Shown here: positions 7,511-17,900 of the stretch, one piece after another
How the letters are laid out: every line of letters begins with the position of its first letter
Position numbering within the stretch: the stretch's first letter is position 1
IMG/VR virus record: IMGVR_UViG_3300039071_000013
Location: 1 to 59,108 of that record
Length of the DNA stretch: 59,108 nt
Origin: a virus
Taxonomy: Duplodnaviria > Caudoviricetes
Direction: 5' to 3' (one strand)
Notes under the pieces: generated by a model
The model's database searches: none
What the model was told of the DNA's origin: nothing
What the model saw: the letters and a program-made list of their open reading frames with translations, nothing else
Made by a program: the position numbers and the translations under genes

Positions 7511-7807
7511 ACATTAAGAGATACATGATGTATAGCTTCAAGAAGCTTAGTGTATCTCATAATGAAGCCTGATGAGATAGCTTCAAGAGTACCTTAAGGT
7601 ATACTTAAGTACTTATTACCTTTAAGTAATTATATAAAAATAAGGTATAACCTTATGAAGCTTAAGGTAGGAGCATTATGTATCTCTTAATGTATATACA
7701 TAGGAAGGAAAAACAGAATTTCAAGTACCCTAAGGTAATTTTTTCTGTCGTTCCTCTTTTGAGGTGTAACCTCTTCCAAACTTTCTCCTGAAAGTACAAG
7801 ATAAGGC

Positions 7808-7835
7808 TTGACTCTAAGAAGCCTAAGGATATAAC
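7808..7835 (+). promoter_or_regulatory. Sigma70-like promoter for the late block
   Basis: TTGACT-N16-TATAAC just before the ATG at 7842 (possibly leaderless). Confidence 0.55.
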
Positions 7836-7841
7836 TAGCAA

Positions 7842-8084
7842 ATGAAATACTTCGCAGACGATGATGTGCTCACCAACTTCTACAATGCCCTTGCAGACAA
7901 GGATGAAGGTAGACTTAAGAGGGTTCACATACCCCGATCTGATGTGTTCTACGTTCGTGAGGCCATCTTCCAGAGGACTGGGGAAAGATACTCCCTAGAC
8001 AGGATTGAGAGAGCCATGTACCTAGAGGGTCACCTGAAGAAGAGTGACGTTTTTGAGCCAGATCGTAAGAGAGAGTGGGAATAA
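7842..8084 (+). CDS. Hypothetical protein
   Basis: 80-aa ORF; stop overlaps the next start. Confidence 0.75.
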   Translation: MKYFADDDVLTNFYNALADKDEGRLKRVHIPRSDVFYVREAIFQRTGERYSLDRIERAMYLEGHLKKSDVFEPDRKREWE

Positions 8085-8374
8085 TGCCCAGTGAAAAAGA
8101 CCCCAGACTGGCCAGAGCAGGTGTTGCAGGCTTCAATAAACCCAAGAGAACCCCAGATCACCCCAAAAAGTCCCACATTGTGGTAGCAAAAGAGGGTGAT
8201 AAGGTCAAAACTATCAGGTTTGGTGAGCAGGGTGCCAGTACTGCAGGTGCTCCCAAGGCTGGTGAGGCTGACAAAATGAAGAAAAAGAGAGCCTCCTTCA
8301 AGGCAAGACACGCCAAGAACATTGCAAAGGGCAAAATGTCTGCTGCGTACTGGGCAGATAAAGAAAAATGGTAG
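8084..8374 (+). CDS. Basic conserved phage protein
   Basis: FNKPKRTP.HPKKSH...IRFGEQG...SAAYWADKEKW. Confidence 0.8.
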   Translation: MPSEKDPRLARAGVAGFNKPKRTPDHPKKSHIVVAKEGDKVKTIRFGEQGASTAGAPKAGEADKMKKKRASFKARHAKNIAKGKMSAAYWADKEKW

Positions 8375-8634
8375 AAAAAACAAGGAATTACAAGTCAGAG
8401 TACGCTAACTATCACGCGAAGCCCGAACAGCGGGAGCGTAACAATGCTCGTAAACGTGCTCGTTATGACTTGGAGAAAAAAGGTGTAGTGTCTAAGGGGG
8501 ATGGTAAAGACGTGGATCATGTCAATGGCAAACCTAAAGACAATAGACCTAAAAACCTTCGTGTAGTCACCAAGACTGCCAATCGGTCTTTCCCCAGAAC
8601 AAAGACTGCAGCCAAGAAAAACCCAAAGGACTAA
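8368..8634 (+). CDS. Small HNH endonuclease-like protein
   Basis: DVDH...N...NLRVV...NRS motif. Confidence 0.7.
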   Translation: MVEKTRNYKSEYANYHAKPEQRERNNARKRARYDLEKKGVVSKGDGKDVDHVNGKPKDNRPKNLRVVTKTANRSFPRTKTAAKKNPKD

Positions 8635-8638
8635 GACT

Positions 8639-9157
8639 ATGGCATCATTTAAAGAGGCGTTTGCTAAGGCGCGTAAAGAACTTGGCGCAGGTAAGACTTT
8701 CACTTGGAATGGTAAATCTTACACGACTGATTATGCTGAAGAGGCTAAGAAAGCTGCCCCTAAGCCTAAGGCTCGTCCCGCCTCTGTGGAAGCTAATGCT
8801 CGTGAAGTAAAAGCAAAGACTGAGATGGCTAAGAAGGCTTCCATGAAGGAGGCTCTTAAAGCTACTTCTGGTACTGTTAAGCCCATTGCTGCCAGTGCTA
8901 GTGCCTCTGCCAAAGTAGATGTGCGTCCCGGTGCTAAGGCTGCTTCTGTTGCAGAATCTCGTAAGGGTATGACTGAGGCTGAGCGTCGTGCTGACCGTAG
9001 AGCCAAGGATGCTGCTGCTACTGCTGCAAGAACTGCTGCAAGAAAGAAGCCTGAAGAGAGTGCAAAGCTTAAGCGTCTTCGGGAAGAGCTTGCAATGCAG
9101 AAGGATCGTAGCGCAGTAAAGCGTGGTATGACCCTCCGTGAGCGTAGTGGTTCGTAA
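8639..9157 (+). CDS. Ala/Lys-rich basic protein
   Basis: SFKEAFAKARK...FTWNGKSYTT N-terminus followed by low-complexity sequence. Confidence 0.8.
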   Translation: MASFKEAFAKARKELGAGKTFTWNGKSYTTDYAEEAKKAAPKPKARPASVEANAREVKAKTEMAKKASMKEALKATSGTVKPIAASASASAKVDVRPGAKAASVAESRKGMTEAERRADRRAKDAAATAARTAARKKPEESAKLKRLREELAMQKDRSAVKRGMTLRERSGS

Positions 9158-9159
9158 TC

Positions 9160-9303
9160 ATGCCTCTTACCGCCAAAGGTAAAAAGATCAAGGCTGCTAT
9201 GCAGAAAGAGTACGGTAAGAAGGCCGGAGAAAAGGTCTTCTACGCCACAGAGAACAAGGGCACCATTAAGGGTGTCACCAAATCCCGGAGGAAAGACAAA
9301 TGA
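9160..9303 (+). CDS. Small basic protein (47 aa)
   Basis: Read manually: MPLTAKGKKIKAAMQKEYGKK.GEKVFYA. Confidence 0.75.
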   Translation: MPLTAKGKKIKAAMQKEYGKKAGEKVFYATENKGTIKGVTKSRRKDK

Positions 9304-9518
9304 TGTACGGCAAGTCAGGCGGCGGTAAAGAAATGAAAAAAGGTATGGCTATGGGTGGTATGCCCATGGTCAACAAGGGTGGCAAGAAGGTTCCTGCATT
9401 TGCTGCAGATGGCATTGGTAAGATGGCCAAAGGTGGTATGACCAAGAAGGGCTACAACAAGGGCGGAATGGCCAATTGCGGTGCTTCGATGAAACCTGCT
9501 CAAGGTAAGGGTAAATAA
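9300..9518 (+). CDS. Small K/G/M-rich protein with repeated xxKGG
   Basis: MAMGG, VNKGG, MAKGG, YNKGG. Confidence 0.75.
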   Translation: MMYGKSGGGKEMKKGMAMGGMPMVNKGGKKVPAFAADGIGKMAKGGMTKKGYNKGGMANCGASMKPAQGKGK

Positions 9519-9520
9519 TC

Positions 9521-9625
9521 ATGGCTAAGAAACCTGCACCTAAATTCACCCCCTGCAAGTCTTGCCCTGCACCAGCCAAGTGTAAGGCAATGGGTTCCTG
9601 CATGGCCAAGAAGAAGTCTAAGTAA
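9521..9625 (+). CDS. Small basic Cys-rich protein (34 aa)
   Basis: Read manually: MAKKPAPKFTPCKSCPAPAKCKAMGSCMAKKKSK. Confidence 0.65.
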   Translation: MAKKPAPKFTPCKSCPAPAKCKAMGSCMAKKKSK

Positions 9626-9978
9626 TGGCAGAAGTTAGGGCAATCTCTCACGTAATTGCGTGTACAACTGCAGCGACCCATGTCCTGTATACGTGTCCGC
9701 TCAATTGCAGGTCAAAGATTCCCCTAGTTTTCTTTACCAATGCTGGTGGAACAAACACAGTCTCACTGAAGTGGTACAGAAAAGCTGACAATGCTACATA
9801 CTACATCATTGGTGGTAAGAATATGAGTACAGGGGAGTTTGTACAACTCTCACAGAGCTACATTGTGCTGGACCCTGAGGACCGTCTAGAGATTGTCTTG
9901 GGGTCTAGTGGGACTGTAGATGCACTCTGCACTGCAGAAGAACTCTTTACTGCCAATACGACAAGGCCACAGTCATGA
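9625..9978 (+). CDS. Hypothetical beta-rich, possibly virion protein
   Basis: 117-aa ORF coupled to its neighbours. Confidence 0.7.
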   Translation: MAEVRAISHVIACTTAATHVLYTCPLNCRSKIPLVFFTNAGGTNTVSLKWYRKADNATYYIIGGKNMSTGEFVQLSQSYIVLDPEDRLEIVLGSSGTVDALCTAEELFTANTTRPQS

Positions 9979-10361
9979 CGAGGACTAACGAAAAGCTTTG
10001 GGAAGCCTCTAAGGCGCAGGCAAAGGCAAAGATGGGTGGCAAACACTCAGCAAGAGCCATGCAACTGGCAGGCAAAATCTACAAAGAAAAGGGTGGTAGT
10101 TACTCTGGGGAGAAGACTGAATCCCAGAAATCTTTGACCAAATGGACAAAAGAAGAGTGGGGCACTAAGTCTGGCAAGAACTCCACCGAAGGCCCAAAAG
10201 CTACTGGGGAACGGTATCTGCCCAAGAAAGCCAGAGAAGCCCTCTCCAAAGAAGAGTATGCCCGTACCAGTGCGAAGAAAAGAGAAGACACCAAGAAAGG
10301 GAAGCAGTTCTCCAAGCAGCCCGAAAGTGTTGCAAAGAAAACAGCGAGGTTCCGCAAATGA
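9975..10361 (+). CDS. Basic conserved phage protein
   Basis: SARAMQL...KWTKEEWGTKSGK...GERYLP. Confidence 0.8.
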   Translation: MTRTNEKLWEASKAQAKAKMGGKHSARAMQLAGKIYKEKGGSYSGEKTESQKSLTKWTKEEWGTKSGKNSTEGPKATGERYLPKKAREALSKEEYARTSAKKREDTKKGKQFSKQPESVAKKTARFRK

Positions 10362-10726
10362 CTACTCCTAGACAGCTTACCGAGATGCAACAGAAGTTCC
10401 TTGATGTCCTCTTCGAAGAGGCTCGGGGTGACTACGTTAAGGCCAAGAAGCTGGCTGGCTATAGCGACACATACTCCACCAAGCACATCGTTGAGTCCAT
10501 TGAGGATGAGATTGCAGAACTCACCAAGAAGTTCATCACTCGTGTTGGTGTTAAGGCTGCATACAGCATGTACGAAGTGATTGTTGACCCTACTGCACTC
10601 GGCAACAAAGAGAAGATGGCTGCAGCTAAGGATTTGCTTGATCGTGGTGGCTTCAAGGCCAAGGATGAAGTCAAGGTGGAGTCTGATGTCCCACTCTTTA
10701 TTCTCCCTTCTAAGAAAAGTGATTGA
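10358..10726 (+). CDS. Putative terminase small subunit
   Basis: LTEMQQKFL...AKKLAGYS HTH-like N-terminus; lies upstream of the large subunit. Confidence 0.6.
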   Translation: MTTPRQLTEMQQKFLDVLFEEARGDYVKAKKLAGYSDTYSTKHIVESIEDEIAELTKKFITRVGVKAAYSMYEVIVDPTALGNKEKMAAAKDLLDRGGFKAKDEVKVESDVPLFILPSKKSD

Positions 10727-10751
10727 CAGTTTGTGTCGTTGATAGTATAAG
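10723..10751 (+). promoter_or_regulatory. Sigma70-like promoter
   Basis: TTGACA-N17-TATAAG just before the ATG at 10758. Confidence 0.6.
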
Positions 10752-10757
10752 TAACTC

Positions 10758-11216
10758 ATGCCAAAAATCAAAACAGAATGGAAACTCCCAAAACCCATCG
10801 ACCATGGTGACCACTTCGAGTGGAAGCCTGTTGTCAGAAGCGGCAGGATTATGCCCTTCGGGTACAGAGAAGACCCCAACGACCCGGATGTGCTGCTCCC
10901 CATTCCAGAAGAGTTAGAACTCCTTGAGCAAGCAAAGAAGCACCTCAAGAAGTACTCCTACAGAGCAGTTGCAGCTTGGTTGAGTGAGCAGAGTGGTAGA
11001 CCCATCTCTCACGTAGGTCTGTATAAGAGGATTAAGCTTGAGTACAAACGTAAGACAGACGCTGCAAACCAACGCTTCTTTGCCGAGAAGTACAAAGCGG
11101 CCCTCGAAAAAGCCGAAAGACTTGAAGCAAAAATCGGTGGAAGTGCAGTCAGAACCAGTGGTAATAGTGCCAGCGGAGAGCAAAACCTACGCACAAGCGA
11201 TTCCAGCGAAGTTTGA
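10758..11216 (+). CDS. DNA-binding protein (serine-recombinase-type DNA-binding/HTH-like)
   Basis: PFGY...SYRAVAAWL...GRPISHVGL. Confidence 0.6.
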   Translation: MPKIKTEWKLPKPIDHGDHFEWKPVVRSGRIMPFGYREDPNDPDVLLPIPEELELLEQAKKHLKKYSYRAVAAWLSEQSGRPISHVGLYKRIKLEYKRKTDAANQRFFAEKYKAALEKAERLEAKIGGSAVRTSGNSASGEQNLRTSDSSEV

Positions 11217-12621
11217 TGTTGAGAAGGCTAGGGAAGTTATCTTCCAACCCAACCCCGGACCTCAGACAGAGTTCTTGTCTGCAGATGAGCAAGAGGTTCT
11301 CTATGGTGGTGCAGCGGGTGGTGGTAAGTCCTACGCCATGTTGGCAGACCCAGTACGATATTTGAACAACGAACATGCCAAGATGCTCTTGGTACGTAAG
11401 TCTACAGAAGAACTTCGAGAACTGGTTTCTGTTTCAAAGATGTTGTACCCCAGAGCCATTCCGGGGATTAAGTTTTTAGAAAGAGACAAGACTTGGGTAG
11501 CACCGTCTGGAGCAACACTCTGGATGAGCTACCTTGACGCAGATGATGACGTTACTCGCTATCAGGGTCAAGCATACAACTGGATTGGTTTCGACGAACT
11601 TACCCAGTGGTCTAGTCCCTACGCTTGGAACTACATGCGTTCTCGTCTCAGAACAACTCGTGATAGCGGTCTAAAGCTGTATCAGAGAGCTACAACCAAC
11701 CCCGGAGGGGCAGGACATCACTGGGTTAAGAAAGCCTTCATTGATCCCTCACCTCCCGGTAAAGCTTTCTGGGCTATCGACCCGGAGACAGGTGAAACCC
11801 TCCAGTGGCCCAAGGGTCATTCTCGTGAGGGTGAGCCTCTCTTACAAAGACGTTTTATCCCTGCAACCCTCTTCGATAACCCATATCTGGCTGATGATGG
11901 TATGTACGAAGCCAACCTCTTGTCTCTTCCTGAGCACCAGAGGAAGCAGCTTCTAGAAGGTAACTGGGATACTGCAGAGGGTGCTGCTTTTCCAGAGTTT
12001 AACCGTAAGCTTCACGTTATTGACCCGTTTGAAATCCCTACTAGCTGGCCAAGGTTTCGTGCGGCTGACTACGGCTACAGTTCTTATACTGGTGTTCTTT
12101 GGTTTGCTGTGGCTCCTGACGAGCAGTTGATTGTGTACCGTGAGTTGTACGTCTCCAAGGTTCTTGCAGAGGATTTGGCAGACAGAGTTCTTGAAGAAGA
12201 GTCGGGGGAGAAGATGCGCTACGGTGTACTTGACTCCTCCCTCTGGCACAAGCGTGGTGATACTGGCCCCAGCATTGCTGAACGCATGATCCTCAAGGGG
12301 TGCCGCTGGCGTCCTGCAGACAGGAGTAAGGGTTCTCGTATCGCAGGTAAGAACGAAATCCACAGACGTTTGCAGCACGATACTTACACAGATGCACCCA
12401 GAATGGTTATCTTTAATACCTGTAAGAACCTGATCTCTCAACTGCCATCTCTTCCCCTAGATAAGTCTAACCCAGAAGATGTGGACACTAAGGCAGAAGA
12501 TCACTTGTACGATGCCCTGAGATACGGGGTTATGACTCGCCCGAGGAGTGGTCTATTCGATCTGGACCCTAACTCTGGCAGGACTGGCTTTCAAATCGCT
12601 GACAGTACCTTCGGCTACTAA
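11038..12621 (+). CDS. terL: Terminase large subunit (start uncertain)
   Basis: Walker A GGAAGGGKS, Walker B IGFDE, TTNPGG, nuclease motifs DYG and DHLYDALRY. Confidence 0.92.
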   Translation: MSTNVRQTLQTNASLPRSTKRPSKKPKDLKQKSVEVQSEPVVIVPAESKTYAQAIPAKFDVEKAREVIFQPNPGPQTEFLSADEQEVLYGGAAGGGKSYAMLADPVRYLNNEHAKMLLVRKSTEELRELVSVSKMLYPRAIPGIKFLERDKTWVAPSGATLWMSYLDADDDVTRYQGQAYNWIGFDELTQWSSPYAWNYMRSRLRTTRDSGLKLYQRATTNPGGAGHHWVKKAFIDPSPPGKAFWAIDPETGETLQWPKGHSREGEPLLQRRFIPATLFDNPYLADDGMYEANLLSLPEHQRKQLLEGNWDTAEGAAFPEFNRKLHVIDPFEIPTSWPRFRAADYGYSSYTGVLWFAVAPDEQLIVYRELYVSKVLAEDLADRVLEEESGEKMRYGVLDSSLWHKRGDTGPSIAERMILKGCRWRPADRSKGSRIAGKNEIHRRLQHDTYTDAPRMVIFNTCKNLISQLPSLPLDKSNPEDVDTKAEDHLYDALRYGVMTRPRSGLFDLDPNSGRTGFQIADSTFGY

Positions 12622-12639
12622 CACAAATTGGAAATGAGA

Positions 12640-14724
12640 ATGGAAGAAGACAACATCTCCCCCGATAGCATTAAGATGCTTGCAGTCGAGGATACCTCTG
12701 GCGACACGAACACTGATAAAAAAGCAGGTACGATTGTCTCCTACGTGGAAGAGCGTTTCTCTAAGGCTGAGACTGCGAGAGAGACGGAGGAGCAGCGTTG
12801 GATTATGGCCTACCGCAATTACCGTGGTTTGTATGGCCCTGATGTCAAATTTACTGACACCGAGAAGTCCAGAGTTTTTGTGAAAGTTACTAAAACTAAA
12901 GTGCTTGCTGCCTTTGGGCAGATGACCGAGGTGCTCTTCGGTGGTAATAAGTTTCCTATCACTATTGATCCTACTACGCTCCCTGAGGGTGTGGTAGATA
13001 CAGTCCACATTGAGACTAACGACGAAGTGAAGAAGGCAGAGAAGGCTGCTGGTATTGAGCCTTTGCTTCCCGGCGAGACCATGCAGGACTACCGTGAGCG
13101 TCTTGGTGGACTCAAGAAAGAGCTTGAGCCTATCGAAGAGGTTCGTCCCGGCCCCGGCATGACTCCCTCTCAGATTACCTTTGAGCCTGCTATGATTGCA
13201 GCCAAAAAGATGGAAAAGAAAATCCACGACCAGCTTGAAGAGTCTCATGCCTCTAAGCACCTGCGGTCTACTGCCTTTGAGTGTGCTTTGTTTGGTACTG
13301 GCGTAATGAAGGGTCCGTTTGCGGTGGATAAAGAGTATCCTCGCTGGAACGATGAGGGCACTTACGATCCTGTGATTAAGACTGTTCCCATGGTCTCCAA
13401 CGTGTCTATCTGGAACTTCTACCCGGACCCAGATGCCAACAATATGGAAGAGTCTGAGTTTGCCATTGAGCGTCACAAGATGTCTCGCAGTGATCTCCGT
13501 AAGCTTGCTACCCGTCCCTACTTCCGTAAGAATGAGATTGAAGCTGCAATCAAGTCTGGCCCCAACTACATCAAAGAGTGGTGGGAGCAGGTCATGGAAG
13601 ATGATGCCCAACAGCCCAGCACAGAGCGTTACGAGGTTCTGGAGTTCTGGGGCAATGTGGACAAAGACATCCTTGAGAACCACAATGTAACCATTCCTTC
13701 GGAACTCAAAAACAAACTTCAAGTCTCGGTCAATATTTGGGTCTGCAATGGCAGAGTTCTTCGTCTTGTGATGAACCCCTTCACACCCACGATCATCCCC
13801 TTCTACGTTGTGCCCTATGAGATCAATCCCTATTCGATGTGGGGCGTTGGTGTTGCAGAGAATATGGATGACACTCAGACCCTGATGAACGGGTTTATGC
13901 GTATGGCAGTGGACAATGCTGCTCTGAGTGGCAACCTGATTATTGAAGTGGACGAGACAAACCTTGTTCCGGGTCAAGACCTGACTGTATATCCCGGTAA
14001 AGTCTTCCGGCGTCAGGGTGGTGCTCCGGGTCAGGCCATCTTCGGTACGAAGTTTCCTAACGTCTCCAACGAAAATATGCAGATGTTTGATAAAGCCAGA
14101 GTATTGGCCGATGAATCCACTGGTTTCCCGTCGTTTGCTCATGGCCAGACTGGTGTGAGTGGTGTCGGTCGTACAGCTTCTGGTATTTCCATGCTTATGT
14201 CTGCCGCTAACGGTTCTATCCGTACTGTGGTCAAGAACATCGACGACTACCTGCTTGCACCTCTGGGTAAAGCACTGTTTAGCTTCAACATGCAGTTTGA
14301 CTTTGATCCTGAGATCAAGGGTGACTTGGAAGTCAAGGCTGCTGGTACTGAATCCCTGATGGCCAACGAAGTTCGTTCTCAGCGTCTGATGCAGTTCCTT
14401 GGTGTTGTTCAGAACCCTGTCCTCGCTCCGTTTGCTCGTATGGATTACATCGTCCGTGAGATTGCTAAGTCTATGGACCTTGATCCCGATAAGGTTGCAA
14501 ATTCCATGCAACGTGCAGCCATTCAAGCTGAAATTCTCAAGAGCTTCCAAGCAACTCAGCCCCCTGCACCTCAGGCTCCTCAACCGGGACAGCCTCCTGC
14601 CGCTCCTGCAGGGGTTCAGGCTCAGGATACGACAGGCTCTGGTGGAGGTAACATGGGTACTGGCTCTGTCCCTACTCCGGGTGAGCCGGGTTTTGCAGCC
14701 AATACTGGTGAGGGCCAGCAGTGA
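12640..14724 (+). CDS. Portal protein
   Basis: Follows TerL; FGTGVMKGP and RTASGISML motifs; alternative starts at 12628/12634. Confidence 0.85.
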   Translation: MEEDNISPDSIKMLAVEDTSGDTNTDKKAGTIVSYVEERFSKAETARETEEQRWIMAYRNYRGLYGPDVKFTDTEKSRVFVKVTKTKVLAAFGQMTEVLFGGNKFPITIDPTTLPEGVVDTVHIETNDEVKKAEKAAGIEPLLPGETMQDYRERLGGLKKELEPIEEVRPGPGMTPSQITFEPAMIAAKKMEKKIHDQLEESHASKHLRSTAFECALFGTGVMKGPFAVDKEYPRWNDEGTYDPVIKTVPMVSNVSIWNFYPDPDANNMEESEFAIERHKMSRSDLRKLATRPYFRKNEIEAAIKSGPNYIKEWWEQVMEDDAQQPSTERYEVLEFWGNVDKDILENHNVTIPSELKNKLQVSVNIWVCNGRVLRLVMNPFTPTIIPFYVVPYEINPYSMWGVGVAENMDDTQTLMNGFMRMAVDNAALSGNLIIEVDETNLVPGQDLTVYPGKVFRRQGGAPGQAIFGTKFPNVSNENMQMFDKARVLADESTGFPSFAHGQTGVSGVGRTASGISMLMSAANGSIRTVVKNIDDYLLAPLGKALFSFNMQFDFDPEIKGDLEVKAAGTESLMANEVRSQRLMQFLGVVQNPVLAPFARMDYIVREIAKSMDLDPDKVANSMQRAAIQAEILKSFQATQPPAPQAPQPGQPPAAPAGVQAQDTTGSGGGNMGTGSVPTPGEPGFAANTGEGQQ

Positions 14725-14912
14725 ACCTAAAGCCTTTCGTCAACAACAAAGAACTCTGGACTGACTTCCAGCAAGAGTTGGGCAACAGAATCCAAGCCTG
14801 CTACAAGAAGCTTGAACAGGTCACAGACACTGTAGATATTTACCGGACTCAAGGAGAGATTCAAGCCTTGAAGAACCTGATGAAACTCCGTGACAAGGTG
14901 AATGCAGAATGA
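14721..14912 (+). CDS. Small portal-adjacent protein
   Basis: YRTQGEIQAL motif; coupled to neighbours. Confidence 0.75.
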   Translation: MNLKPFVNNKELWTDFQQELGNRIQACYKKLEQVTDTVDIYRTQGEIQALKNLMKLRDKVNAE

Positions 14913-17900
14913 GACTCAAGGACCAAACAGAAGAAGCTTTTGCAGAAGACTTTGGAACCTTTCCTGACACTGGTGAAGCCCCTAAGGGTAAAGGTTACAT
15001 TGAGCTTCTTGTAGACAATATTGTGGGTCTTGATAACGAGTATGAATCTTTTGGGGAAGCCTTCGGTAAGTCCTTCAATGAGGATGAACTTGGTACCCTA
15101 AAGAACATGGCTCTTAGTGCCTACGAAGGTGCCAAGGAGTTTGTCACAAGCCCTATTGAGACGACAAAAGATGTTGCTACAGAAATTTCCGATAGCGTTT
15201 CCAGACTTGGTGCAGAGAGCCTTGATGGAAGAATCAAGCGGATGTATGGTGTAGGCTATCAGGATGCTACTGAGGAGCAGGTCACTAAAGCACGAGAAGC
15301 TGTCATTGGTGATGCTATTACTGCTTCCTCTTTGGTCCCTGCTGCCAAGGGTGCAACGACAGTGGCTAAGGCTGCTATCCCCGGCAAGGTTCAGGCTGAC
15401 GTTGTAGGCCAGATGCGGTCCATTCTTGATGGTGACACAGAGTTCAGAACCGAATCTAAGAACCCTCCCGTAGGCCTGAGTGCAGACGTTGTGGGTTCTC
15501 AAGAGATTAAAACACCTCAGAGATTTCAAGCTGGTGAGTATACTAAAGCTCCTCCAAGCTATAAAGTGCCGGAAGCTGAGATCACTAAGTTTGAAACCCT
15601 TGTAGCATCTCCTGCAAGTTCAGTTGTCACACACCGTGTAGCTAAAGACCTTGAAGCTATCTCTAATCTTGGAGAGATTCCCGTAGGTAAGTTTATTGAT
15701 TTACAGGAAGACCTTGCATTTGTTGCTGACTCTCAACGAGATAAAGTTGTTGACTCCTTCCTTAAGAATAACAATGTTACGTTTGGAGATGTAAAGGACG
15801 CTGGCTACACTGGTGAAAAAGAGGCTTTGAAATATTACGCAATGGGAGTGCAATTCTCAGAGGCGAACAAAGAGTACCAAAGATTTCTAAATCAAAACAA
15901 CCTCCTTCATCAAAGTGATATTCGCACTCCACTACAAAAGCCCTTTGAGATTTCTTACAGAGACCCTGTTATGGAAATTGCAGAAGGTCTATCTTTCCCT
16001 AAGAATGGGATGAAGGGGTCTGACTTTATCAAAGTACTTGACAAATCCCCTGCTGCAAAGTCTGCTCTCTACAACTCTGCTGACCTTGGTATTGATAAAA
16101 GTAAGTTTTACACCAAAGAGGATTTGCTTTCGACCATTGAGCCAAAGACTTGGAAAGGCTCTTTTGCTGTTCAGGACTATCCACGCTATCGTAGGACTCA
16201 AATTCAAGAGTTTGATGACATGGAAGCAGATGGAGATTACAAAGAAATCCTTTTCAACGTAGAGCGCAAAGACAAAAGCCTGCCTACCTTTGATATCCCT
16301 GAAGAACTCAGAAAAGAATATGGCTCCTACCATTTCCCTGAGAACACTCTCGCACATGCTCGTATTTCTACGAATGAGAACTTTGGTACAGGGCAGAAAG
16401 AGTTGCTTGTCCATGAGTTTCAGAGTGACTACTTGCAAAAAGGTGCAAAGAAAGCAGGTCCGGGTGCAGACATTGCGGCTGTTAGGGCTTCTGCAAAAGA
16501 AGTAGCTACACGGGACATTGATAAAGAACTGCTTACACCAGATGTGCAGGCTGTTGTTGACAGGGCTTTGAACGACCCAGAATCAAACAGGTTGGGCTGG
16601 ATTGACGGAGGTCTTGAGAGGGAACTTAGAGAAGACCTCAAAAAAGCGGGGTTGAGTTTTGACGACAGAAATGCTCTCTTGCTTAATATTCAAGACGGAC
16701 TTGTAGAGATTGCATCTGCTGACACAAGGGGTGCCACAAAACTTCCAGTAGGCAATGTGAGTGACGCAGTAGAAAATCTTCTTGACGGTGTTCTTGGTTA
16801 CGCTCAAGATACTGGTGTTGATAAAGTCTTTATCCCCTCTCTTGAGCAGATTGTAGGGCATGAAGGTAGATTTAAGCCGGGGTCTTTTGAGTTTTTTGAG
16901 CAGACTCAACCGGGTTCTTTCTTCTATCAGACTTATGTCACAGGTTTGGACAAGGCGACAAGAGACCTGTCTGACACTACAAATGCAACTGTTACCCGTG
17001 AAGTCAAGACTACGGGCGGTTCTGCAGGACAACCTAGAATGTATGTAGGTCTTCCTGATGATATTGCAGCAGCTTTTACAAAAGACATGAAGGTTGCAAA
17101 GCTTTATAACGATATGTTGAATGACAGGATTACTGAGGAGCAGCTTCTTAAGGCTTCCGGTTTGGAAAAAGAAGGTCTGAAATCTTTCAGAGATAACTAC
17201 AGAGAAGAGTTTGACAAGGCTTCTAAAGCACGAGACAGAGACTGGTTAAAGACGTTTAAGAAAACTGCATACAATGACGCAGTTAAAACCTATGGTGAAC
17301 TTAAGACTTTAGACACTCCCGGCACGATGATTGATATCTCCGAGGCTAAGACGCGGTTTGACTTCACTAAACCTAAGATGGCCAAGGGCGGTCTTGTAAA
17401 AACCTTTGCCGAGGGTGGCATGATAGAGGATGACCAAATGAATAGACTGATGCAAGAAGGTGGCATGGCTGATGACGGAATGAGCCGTGAGCCTGTCACT
17501 GGTAATGAAATCCCTCCGGGTTCCTTGGTTTCGGAAGTGCGGGATGATATTCCTGCTCAACTCTCTGAGGGTGAGTATGTTGTCCCTGCAGACGTGTTGC
17601 GCTACTACGGTGTGCGGTTCTTCGAAGACCTTCGTGCTCAGGCTAAGCAAGGCATGATGGAGATGGAGTCTGATGGCCGTATTGGTGGTACCCCCGTAGA
17701 CGCTCAGGGAGTGCCCGCAGGAGGGATGGACGAAGAGCTTACCCCTGAGGAAGAGCAGATGCTCATGGAGGCCCTAGGAGGCTCTAGAACTGCGCCTACG
17801 GGTATGGCTTACGGTGGTATGACTGAGCAGCCTATCTCCACTCCGTACCAAGATCAAGCTACCATGTACCAAATGCCTACGGGTATGCAAGAGGGTGGTA

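Larger units (their letters stand above)
6664..7841. other. Non-coding strand-switch region (probable genome ends and/or origin)
   Basis: No convincing ORF; divergent gene blocks; inverted repeats, G-tracts and an AT-rich palindromic tract. Confidence 0.6.

Noticed and set aside
12553-14583. 676-aa minus-strand ORF and similar long antisense ORFs (20135-21283, 41144-42157, 55314-56258)
   Set aside because: Shadows of codon-biased real genes on the opposite strand, with no motifs
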